A stretch of 64,000 bases of DNA from Schmidtea polychroa (lineage: Eukaryota). The notes under the pieces are model-generated. The model did not search any database and was not told the DNA's origin. It was given only the letters and a program-made list of their open reading frames with translations. The stretch spans positions 72,540,001 through 72,604,000 of the forward strand of contig CM097887.1 in assembly GCA_044892525.1 (NCBI GenBank), written 5' to 3'. Within the stretch, counting starts at the first letter, position 1. Each line of letters opens with the position of its first letter. A program made the position numbers and the translations under genes. Positions 33,626 to 45,800 of the stretch are shown piece by piece.

Positions 33626-36600
33626 ATGATCCCATGGTTTAGAATTATAAATTTATGTTTCATAATTTATGCTTTGATAATTTTCGATTTATAATTTTAA
33701 ATTTTCAATTTAAGGATTTACAATTTTGTACTTTATAATTATAATTTCAGATTTTGTAATTTATACATTCGTATTTTATAAGTTATAATTGTTTATTTGG
33801 TAATTTGTAAGTTTATATTCTAAAATTTATACTTTTGTATTTTGTAATTCGTATTTTCATACTTTATAATTTGAAATTTTTTAGTCGACGGAATACACTT
33901 TTTATAACCTCCTTTCTATGATCAACATTGTTTTCCGAAGTACTTACAGATTTCCTGGTCCTATTTGTGAATTAAACTTCGGAGTGCTAACGCGTCTATC
34001 GCCTATCTGTAACTAATCCCAAGTTGATTTACGAAAAATTGTTCACTACTGTCTCTGATCAGACTTTCTCCATTAACAATTTATATTTTTAGGATCAACA
34101 TGATTGTACCTAGCTATCGTAATCATTTATAACTTATGGTTTTATAGTTAACAAAAGAATATTACAACTAAGAGTTTACACATTTACAAGTATTTTAAAG
34201 TGGAATCAGCATATCTAGATCAAGTTATACCTGTACGTATGCCGAATGTCTCTTATTTCTATGACTTTATCAAAGATCCTTACTACAAAATCTGGTTCGG
34301 CATATGTCCAAGTATAATTGAAATTACCATAAAGGATCAACTAGCTACATCACTGTGAGTGCAGAATTGTGTAATTTTAGGTACGAGCTCTGCTCAAATT
34401 AGAACCTTAGTGTAGAGTTATTGTTCAGGATTTTAAGTGTTGAGTTTAATTGTATATTACGCAATGAGTCGGGAAGAATATTGCTTCCATGGCCCCACTG
34501 TGACCACTTCCACAAACCTTAGTGTTGTGTGCTAAGTCAACCATTTACGGCTGACCTTAAATAAATACGAAGAGTCAGACGGAGGGTTTCCTCGACCTAA
34601 CTCCATGGCAGGACCATGAAGTAGTTCGACCTCCGGCTGACCCGAACAAAAAGACCCATATAATAAGAGATTATTATAATATAAATAATGCATGTGTGCA
34701 TGTGCTATGAGGATATTAACAAATTGGATGCAGGACTGAACAACGGCGCAGGAATACCAATACGCCGTTGAACATTCGTACATCAAAAAAAAATTTAATA
34801 AAAAAAAATCAAATATGGAATTACTTTAATCTTAAGTAAATCATAACTACATGATAATAATAAAAAATTCAATCATATATACTCACTATGTGGATTGGAA
34901 AAGTTTTGTTCAAAATTTGGCATAAAATAATGATTAATTCTGACTGAAACGTGTCAGTATATATACCTATTTTGTACACGTGTATGTATTGATGCATTAA
35001 AACAAACTCGAATTCTTTTTATTCCAGAATTTTCTATTTTGCGATTTTGATATTTTTAATGGCAATTTTTGTGCCATAATTTTTGTTTTTATTTTTATAT
35101 TTTTATTTTTTAATTATTTTTCGTTAATTCGACGTTCATGATGGATTTGGAACGGTTCCAGAACATTCCATGTTAATTTTAATTTTATTTTTATTCTAAC
35201 TGATGTTTTATGAATTTCTTTTTAAGATTTATTATTTTTAATACTAATTTATTTATTTTCTCTAACTTTTATTGTTCTAGCTGGCTTTTGTGATGGTCAT
35301 CGCCATTTTAATGGAATGTTCTAGGTTTTTCTGGAATTTTTTTTTTGGTTTTTATCGTCTTTTAAGTTATTCGAGTCTGTTTTACGTTTATCTGTGTTTA
35401 TTTGGTTATTTTCGAGTTCTATTTTGCATAACCTCTTGCTTTTGGTATAATTTATTTAATTTCTGTGTTTAGGTTTTTGTTGTTTTTTCCTTTAATTACT
35501 ATTGTTTATTTGGTGTAGTTTTTAATATTTAACTATACTTTTTGCTTTTCGCATGCTGTGTACTTACACATTTCAGTCACAATTAGAAATTTGGGTCTAG
35601 AAGTCAGTTCTAGCCCAACAGTAGTTTCGCGTCGATCCACCGTCCAGTACTTCCTGGGAAGAAAACGCCAGGGACTTCTTCGATTTGGACAAGATTTTAG
35701 CGCAATAAAATGATTTGAATTCATTTGGGGTTGAAGGTTTTAAATCTATGATACAACTTGGTGGAATGTGATTGATTCTTAATGTCGTGTATCTGTGGAG
35801 AAAGAGGGAGAACGCAAATCAAGCTCTCAATGAGCGAGGTAAGACGTAAGTCCTTCTAACGGCTGTCAGAAGAAGGGTAAGCCGGAATATGGTGAAGGAG
35901 TAGTCCCAAGGAAGGGGCTCACCTACTTCGCCATCATGGCACAGTACAAACATAATGTAAGTCATGGGTGTCATGGTGTGAGAATGATCATGGAGGATCT
36001 GACTAGCGATCGACAAAAAGAGTTTGTTTAGTTTGATTGACCTTCGTCCCCTAGTAGAGAGTGAATGTGTGTTGACCTAGTCGACAACCCAACACATCTC
36101 AGATTCAAACACTGCATATTTTCATCGCCCAAATCTTTTTAATTAATCAGTTAAACAGGCATAACAATTCCATTAAAGTTCTCATCTATTTTGATTTAAG
36201 TTTATCCACAAATTATTATCATGTTTAAAATTTAAATAAATTATGTTTGACCCTATTTTTCTGAGATACAAAATCAATTTTGTTGACGCTACACTTTGAT
36301 TATATTTATAAATCAAAAGCCCTATTTATAAAATCACAGACTAAATTGTTTTCTAAAACTAGTCCGTATTGCTGTGGTACATCCATTAATATTAACATTT
36401 ATTTCAAATAGTTTTTTCCTTTCTTGGGGGTCTTCTAGAGTATACTTATCCCATACTTTTGATGTTTTAGTTTTTAAAAACATAAATAATGGTTAAAATT
36501 TTTATTGATACTTTTCTAAAAATAAAACTGAATTTATTATTTATCTCACCAAGGATTTGAAAATCAACAAAATTTAAAACATTTAGTATAATTTGAATGA

Positions 36601-36896
36601 TGTTATACAATGATTTTATAAAAAATCGAAACGAATATTAGATTTTTTTCAATTTTCTTTAAAAACATTTTCAGGTAAAAAAATTTGAAAAATAAAAAAT
36701 TTTGAAAATTTTAACATTTTTTAATTTTTAATGAAATATTTTAAAAATCTAAAGAGGATATTATTTAGAAGCAATCAGAAATCACAAAAATTGATTTTTT
36801 ATTTATTTGGTCCACAGTGAAAACCATCTCAGAATTCGAGTCAATTTATTTTTATTGATAAACATAATCATTTTATTTGACTTCTTATTCAAATCT

Positions 36897-39800
36897 TCAG
36901 GTGTAATATAATTTCAAATAGGCAAGACGTCTTTGAAATCGTTTTTCTTCTTTGGTGGTGTTCAGCTGAAAATGAATTTAAAAATAAAAACAGAAACATA
37001 TTTTATATAATTGTAATTGTAACTGTAATATATTTATAAATTTTTTTATCTTTATTTTTTCTGATGTGCTGAACTATTTCTGAGATGTCTTTTTAATTTT
37101 CATGTTTAATATATAGTTTTGAAATGTACAAAATTTATTCAAAAATTCTAAAATAATTAGTAATGGATTCCTAGTGTGGTTTTTATAATAACTTACTGAA
37201 ATACTTGGCGTTGAATGGAAGTCAAAAAATAAAATAATCAATTATATACATATAGAAATCAATCCAGATTTATCTTGTTTTATTTTTCCATCTCTCGATT
37301 TCAACAGCCATTTAGCAAATAAACCAGCATTGTGAACTTCTGATAATTCAGCTCTCATATTTTATGTAAATGTTAGTTTTTGAATAGATACAATGGATGG
37401 AATTAATAGCATGAGTACTCAATGGTGCCTGTGTATCTGAAATAATTTCCAAGATAAGTTGGACTTACGATCTAGAATCTAGATGAATAGTGGCATTCCC
37501 GATTCAAATAGCCTCAAACAATATTCAGAACTAATTTCCTTTTTGAGTTTATTTAGAAAAATTATTAAATTGTGGGATTAAAAACATTTGTTTATATATT
37601 GAGTTTTGGTAAATTAAGTTTTGAATAAACGTTAATTTGAATTTTTTTTATTGTTATTACATTAAAATAAACTTTTATACCAACTTTAAACAGTTTATTC
37701 ATGGTTAAAAATATTTCATCGGGGATCCATTTTATTAGATATATTTCTTTGGAAACGATTTAAAATTGAATGGATTTCTAATGGAAATTCATTAAATGAT
37801 TTAGCTTTTACATTTCTTGACGATGATCCCGATGGCATATTCAGATATAAATATTTTTAAACGCATTTCGTTTCATTGGAAAGATCTTGCCAATCGTCAT
37901 TCAAATATTGAAAACCTAACTGCTGCTGAATATAAATCTATTTCTCACGATTCTTTGAAATGTTCATCAAATTATATAATTTCAAATAATGTAGCAGAAC
38001 AAATTGAAGACCAATTCAGTAATTGTCAAGGCCTTAAAGATTTATCAAAGTCATTACCTAACAATGTCAATCCAATTTCATTCAAAGATGGAGACGACTG
38101 CCCGATATATATAGAACATAGTGAACTACATATGAATAGTGTGAATAGTGAATCATATCAGAGAAACCTTCACGATTGTTATTATTCATGAGTGTTATAT
38201 AAATATTCTCTAAAAAAAGTTACAATATTTACAATAACGATTTAAATGAGGTGTTCCTCAATAATTCTAAGACCATTCTTCATTCATTAATATTACTATT
38301 TAAAATTCTTTTTGGTGATAATCAATTCTAAATTTTCTAAATGTGAAATTTGTGATGCAAACAACATTTAAATTTAATAATTAATTTATATTGAATTTAT
38401 TAACTAACGACGTGTTTTCTTTGCATATAAATATTCTAAAAACAATTTAAATATTAATCATAATTTTATTCATAGATATTTTGTTTAAACCATACAAAAT
38501 ACATTGGCGAGTTTTTGAAATTTTTCGATTATTTTTGTACATTTGATATCATTTGGATGATATATGTGGCTAGAAGTATGGTGTATCTGGAATAACCCTC
38601 CGATGTACTGTGTGCAGAAAGAGAATAAAGACTACTCAATGCATCAGAGAACACGAAGATATATTCAATAAATAGTTTGCTTGTCATTACAAATTCTAGT
38701 AATTTATAATATAAACTTATTGTACATGAATTGTTTTGTCTTCATTTTAGAAAAACCTTAAATTAGTTCAATGTTTTTTTCAAACATTTTACCAACAACA
38801 TCGACTTATATTTAGGATTTATTTTCCTTAAGCTTTACGAATTGTTTCTTTTCCTACATTCATTCAATTCACAATGCAAAACATGTCTAATATAGGCATG
38901 ATTTGCTCCCATTTTAATCCTTTTTAATATTCAGAATATATATGAAAAGTATTTAACCTATTCAGCAATACAGCTATTATTAAGATGAATATTTTTGTTC
39001 AACGTGGTATTACATTGAGGAAATAACATTCTCTCGATAAAAAGATACCAAATATTTTAACCTGAAATTTGAATAGTGATGAAGTATCTAAATATTCCTT
39101 GAGTGATTATTCATTTACTTGAAAAATGCATTGCCGAAAATTCGTGAATAAATATAAACATCGATATATTTACTGATTCATAGTCAAGCTTTTTTATAAA
39201 TAGTTTTTTTATAAATGGGAAATAAATCAATGGTGAAATTTGAAAAAAAAATAATGATTATTTATTATTAAATTATTTTGTAAATAAAATAATGAAATCT
39301 AAATTTTTGTTTATTTGGGAGAGAATTTTTTCAACAAATAATTGACATGAAAATCAAAGAAAAGTGTATAAAAATTAGTAAAATCTTTTGGCTTTTACAC
39401 TATTAATTTATTTTCAATTATTTTATCTTCATTTCACGCTATAAATCAATATTTCGTGTTAATTGTAAATAATTATATTGATCTATAATCTAAAAAGAAA
39501 TGAAGATGAAGGAAGTGTTATATGAAGTAACTTTACGGATGAATAATTCAATTAAATGTTTATTATACTTTTTTTTCATGTAATTTTTAAAATATTATCC
39601 AAAGTTATAATAATGAAAAATCAACCATAAAACATGGTTTTGAAACTCTATATTTCACTCTTAATTTATATTAGATTTCAAATAATATATTTGTAGCGAA
39701 CCGTTAGAGGGTTTTGTCGAAATTTGAAGTTTGGGAAACAGCAGGGCAAGAGATATATCGTAGCCTAGCTCCAATGTACTACAGAATTTAATTGATCAGA

Positions 39801-42800
39801 TTAGAAACGTCCTAGCCACTATTAAAGCCAACCTCGACAATTTAAATCATGAAATCAAGCCGTATTCATTTCAAGTCGATAGCAAAGGCAAAACCACTAA
39901 GTCATAATAGTGTAAAAATATGAAATTTGGATAATGTTCAATTTTTAAAGCCAACATACCAATCCATCGCTCAATTGGTTTTTGATAGTTATTATTTTAC
40001 TTTAGTTTGGAGAATTTATTGTTCAACAGATTATCAGATGTGTTTTTACAAGTTTTTTGTGTAGTATTTTCAAAAAAATGTAATTGATAAAAAGCACAAA
40101 TTTTATTTGGTTTGTTTAAATAGAGTAAAACATTTCATTTTTATTGAATATTAAATTTGAGTATAATTAATTGTAATATTGGTAGCCGACGAGTTGATCG
40201 AAAAATATTATTTTTAAGGAATTAAAAACTTTTAAATTTTTTCTTTATATGCAGAAACTTAAAATGTGTTTATAATAGCATTTGTTGCAAAAAATTAGTG
40301 ATAATAATTTAAATATTTAAAAAATTAATTTGAAAATGGATTTACAATTCTTTATTAGTGAAAAAGGAAAACAGAAATTGTTTTTAAATGGATGTTTATT
40401 CTATAAGGACAAAAGTTTTGAAGCCAAAATATATTGGCGATGTGAAAACTATAAAACTAAATGCAGTGCTTGTGTAATAACGGAAAACGGCATTTTAGTT
40501 AATTTTAAAAATATTCACAATCATGTGATAGATGTAGCAAGCGTTCAAGCTAAAAATGTCATCAGCTGCATTCGCCAGGAAGACCTCATTACTCGTGATG
40601 CACCACAATATATTGTAGCTTCATCTTCAGCATTAGTAAGCCGAAGTGTTGCCGCCAAATTGCCCAGCGTGCCGAATCTTGCAAGAACTATATGGACTGT
40701 TAGAGCGAAGAAAAATAAAGGCCCACCTATTCCCAGATCAAGGCGTGATATTGTATTCAGTGATGAATATACAAAAACAAACAAAAATGAAAAATTTCTT
40801 TTATATGATTCTGGAGCTGAGGATAACGACCGCATATTAATTTTTTCAACACAAACAAATTTGGATATTTTACGGCGTTCTCTTCATTGGCACGGTGATG
40901 GTACTTTTAAAACCGTTCCTCCATTATTTGAACAATTATATACTATTCATGGATTGGAAGATAATATATCAATTCCATTAGTATTTGGTCTCCTCCCAAA
41001 TAAACGAGAGGAAACATATGTACGTTTTTTGAAAGCAATAAAAGAATTAACTGGTCATTGCAATCCTCAAACTATAATGACGGATTTTGAAGTCGCAATG
41101 ATCAACGCATTTCAACGAGAATTTCCACTATCCAGGCATTGTGGTTGTTTTTTTCATTTTAATCAATGTATTTGGCGTAAAATACAATCATCTGGACTAA
41201 AACAGCAGTATGAAAATGATCCATAATACGCATTAAAATTTCGAATGCTTGCTGCAATGGCATTTGTTCCAACAAATGTTATTATAAACACATTTGAAGT
41301 TTTATGTGAAAGTAATATATTTACTGACGATATGCTACCTGTGGTTGATTATTTTGAGGACACATGGATTGGACGACCTATTCGTCTCATAGGACGCCGC
41401 CCACCGAAATTTAATCACCAATTATGGAATTGGTATGAAGTGGCATTGCAGAATTTGCACAAGACGAACAACAATCTCGAAGGATGGCACAATGGATTTC
41501 AGACATTGCTGAACGCTCTTCATCCAGGAATTTGGAAATTCATCGAACTGTTAAAGAAAGAAGAAAGCTTAAATGAACTAAAAATAGAACAATATCTAAG
41601 TGGACAGCAACCTCCACAAAAGAAGAAAAAATATCGTGATCTTGAAGCAAGATTGTTGCGGGTGTTCAATCTTTGGGATGAAAATATTGATATAAATGAT
41701 CATTTACGATCGATTGCTCACAATGTTTCATATTAAATTTTAAAATTATAATATAAATATTATGTACATATATAAATAAAATATTTAAAATTTCTGTATA
41801 TAAATAAAATATTTAAAAGTTTTTAATTTTTTAAAAAGAGACATGCTTTTTTGAGATAAAATCCTCAACTCGTAAGTTCCTTAAAAATATTATTTTTCGA
41901 TAAACTCGTCATTCGATCAATTGATCATTCGATAAACTCGTTTTCGATAAACTTACCGAGAATCGTAATATTTCCTTATTCAAAATAAAATTATGTGTGA
42001 AATTATTTATGCTTCAATGGAAATTTATATAAATACAGTTTATAATAAAAGCAAATTTGAAATATTAAATTCTTGGCTGGTTAAAGAATTTAAAGATCTT
42101 AAAGCAGCTTGAAAAAGTTATGGGATTTCTAAAGAAGAACAAATCATGTTTTAATGGGTACCACCCCCCCCCAAATAGGACCGCGTAGATAGAAATATTC
42201 GTATGTAGAAAAGAAAGATATTGTATGTATGTTGACTTCAAAATGACGTCATCCGTGACTTTTTAAGCGTCAACTGGTAAATGCCAAAAGAATGCCTACC
42301 TATCACAGAATGCGTTAGCAAGAGTGGATGTATCAGGCTGGTTAGGAAGAGAATATGTGGCGGTGCGGTGTAAAATAGAATTTAGGGTTTTCCAGAGCGA
42401 GTGTGGATAAGTGTATAGTTGTTGATGGGGTGTGAAACTTCCGGAAACAGTGTGTTTTTGTTTACTCAGTGTTTACGCGGTTCTATTGGCGGGGGCCTTT
42501 TGCCCAGAGTCCTTATATTAGAGGCCTTTTTTTCGGGTACTTTTATGTCGGGGCCGTTTTGCCAAATGCCCTTTTGTCGGGGCCTTTTTGACGGGTCACC
42601 TTTTTAATGATAGAGTTGAAAGATAATAAATTACTCAGTTCGTTTGGAATTAAATCAGAAAGTTTAATGGAGCTTATCTTTGATTTTAAAATTGAATGGT
42701 ACCAAAATCAATTGAGTGAATATCCTAACATCACCACAATATTGAAAAATGTCAACTCGAAATCTCCATAAGGAAATTGTTCATACTATTTCGCACTTTA

Positions 42801-45800
42801 GGTACCTATATTAACATAGGGTTCAAAGGTATATAACATGTTTTAGATATAATTACGTTCTCTTTAATCCGAAATTAATGAATAGATTGGAATTTATATT
42901 GAAATAAGGAAATAACACTAGATTTGAAAAATCAATATTTTTTAAATTAACCCAATTTCCCATGATAGCATGCAGTGTTCTCGATAACGAATCTACTTGC
43001 AAAATTTCATCTCAATCCGATCACAGAAAGTGGATTTATTTGGCCTCACAATATTTGCGTGGCGCATACAAACATCAGCGAAGTTAATATAGAGAGAGTA
43101 AAACATGAAAATCAGTGAGAAAATAAAATGAAAACTAAATAAACCTTTTCTGTGTTCCGACAGATTTTACTTTTTAAAGTAATATCTGGCAAATCTGTTG
43201 GTCTGCCACCAAATCCGCCGTGATATTGAACTTGCTTGCAGCCTGGCAATTCGGGGTTGTATGTTCCAGGACTAGAACAAATTGTATTACCAAATTAATA
43301 ACTTAGATTATAACCCTGGGGATTCTTCATAGGTCATATTTAGACTACCAAAACGATGGGCTTTCTGCAAAAATGGAGCCGAATTCGGTTTTTTATCATA
43401 GGAATAATCGAACTAGAGAATAAAATAAATTCTTCTTTAAATAAAAACTCGGAAACGCCAAACAAACGCAAATATAATGTAAGAACATTATCATTATCAA
43501 TTTGACATCATAATCTATGTTAACAGTTATATACGTAAACAATAATTACGTAATGGTTATGATTTAATGAGTTAGTTAAATAGTCTCAATAAATTCGTTG
43601 TGGATTGAATGTTAATTGTGATTGAGATTGAGATTAAATCACTAATACCTCACATAAAATTCTTTCCTCCTTATTATTAAAGTTTTATATGATTTTTTTT
43701 AAGTCAGTTGCACCACTACACATTTTATCTTATTGCACATTTCCCATTACACATTTTCCTGATCTTTTTAATATAATGATAATTATTTCTCTACGGCAGA
43801 AAATCTATCATTGAAGCTCATTCTGTTAAAACCATGAGATGAGAAAACTTTGTTTCTCAGCAATGCGTTCGCACGCCTCTAAAGATGTACATGAAACTCA
43901 ATGCATCGATTGCGGAATTGAAATCCGAAGCAATCAAAGAACGACATTGTAGAATGCTTATGAGAAAATAAAGTGAAAACTGGTCACTAAATGAACTGCA
44001 ACTGGGAAGTGTGTGAGATTGAATTTGTGAAAAATGAAGAAATAATAAGGAAGATATCACACCTAGATGAAATCACCAAGTATGACGATAGTGACTGGAA
44101 TATCCACATATTTGTTGATGAATCAAAAAGTGTGTACATTGCGGCAGTTTACATTATAGAAAGATGTGTATGTGAGGGTTATAAAGAATTGAGATGTTAA
44201 AGAAAGTTATTGAGACCAATAACCAAGGTTTGTTTCCTAGAGTTAAATTGGGTTGCTGATCCGCTGGAGTGGATCAAGGATGGGGAAATGTTTCGACCAG
44301 TCAGAGAGGGGAATGACTTCTCATCTGACTGGCTGTATGAATTCGGCTTCGCGTCTGTCTGCGATTGTGGTAGCTATTGTGCCAGGCACAGACGCGGGGA
44401 ATGGTGATTTATGTGGTTTGTGTGGGGTTGGTTTTGTCATTTTTATGGCGTCTATTTCCGCGTTGTTGTTAAATTGTGATTCGTGTATGTGTGCGCACAC
44501 AGACGCGGAATATATTCTTTTTTTAAGAATTAATTGGAATTGTGTGTATTTTTATAGAATTGCTGGAAATGATTTTCGAATGTTAGAATCTTCCAGAAAT
44601 CAGATATGAATTTTTGTTTAAAAACATATATATTGGAACTTTTTTGAATATCGAAAATAATATGAGCAATCCTGATAAAATATTGATGGCCGAGGAAGCG
44701 TTGAAAAGTGTTGAGGAATTATTGAAAGAATATTTATCGCGAATTTATCACATCGATTTATGTAAATTTTATTTGTGTCACATAAAAGATAAAGATAACA
44801 AAACTCCTAGTTTCAAAGAAAGAATGGCTCAAGCTTATGATTATGCTATAGATAAAATGGGTTTGGATTTAAAGACTTTTCCTATTTGGTCAGATCATAT
44901 GAATTTCTTAAAATCAACTCAAGTCAAAAGTCAATATACTGAAAGTCAAAAGACAATTGCTGCACGTCGAATATATTATCTGGCTATTGTTACTCCCATG
45001 GTTGTTATTGAAACAATTTGGAGAGGTTACAATGCTTTCGAAACTTCTATCAATAGTGTCATCGCTAAGAGAATTATCGAAGAGAGAAGTCGGGATTATA
45101 TGAACGCAAGACGAGTTACAGGAAGATTAGAAGCTGGGATTTCAAAAGATGGTCAAACTCGAGAACAATTTTTGTTGATTTATAATCTTGGAGTCAAGCA
45201 AATAATTATTGATCAAAATAAAAACTTGCTTGAGATAATTTATTTTGGTTTAATACAATCTATTCTTCCCTGGCAAAGATTTTATAAATGAATTGAGTGA
45301 AAACAAAACATAATCATTTGTTTATTAGTCCACAAAACATGCGCTGTTGTTTGACCGTGATAAGCAAGTGACTTTCGCAGTTGCCTTTGATTTATTATCA
45401 ATAAGTTCAGCTTTCAATAAAGCCAGAATGGATATGAAGCTTGTTGGTTTCGGTTCCACATGCATTGGTACTTTAATTTCAATCAAAACATCTATAGAAA
45501 ACTGTATTCCAATAACAGGATCTAGATCACTTGTTGTTAAGTGTTTTTTAATTAACCTTTTTTCATAAACATGTCCTGATGATCTATTTAGAACTGGAAC
45601 TTCAGGAATTTCGTTGGAAACAAATTAACGATATTTTATAGAAAATTAGAACAGAATAATATATTTCATCTTGAAAAGTTTTCAAATCCCCAACCGAAAC
45701 TTTATTTTTCAAATCCCAAATCTTGATAGACGATCCAGTTGCAGCACATAGCCAATATATGTTTGGTGAGAAGATATGTTCATTGATAATATTATATCTT

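Larger units (their letters stand above)
31908..36094 (+). mobile_element. Probable giant solo LTR ('LTR B', ~4.2 kb) related to the LTR of element A
   Basis: TGTTG start and CCCAACA end, with flanks CATG and CATC (3/4 TSD match). Shares the donor/GGGGCTCACCT box, the GTCGAGTACTCC motif and ORF-X homologues. No PBS follows the end. Confidence 0.6.

Noticed and set aside
33237-33694. Asn-rich and Ile/Leu-rich ORFs
   Set aside because: These are translations of a degenerate AAT microsatellite.
37024-37088. Candidate missing PIFO exon (phase 1 to 0)
   Set aside because: The phases fit, but the acceptor is purine-rich and the peptide shows no PIFO similarity, so it was not called.
45575-45590. 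CTGATGA hammerhead-core matches (also about 57284)
   Set aside because: They lie within recognisable coding fragments (antisense PRP19 and RT) and lack the flanking stems and GAAA.
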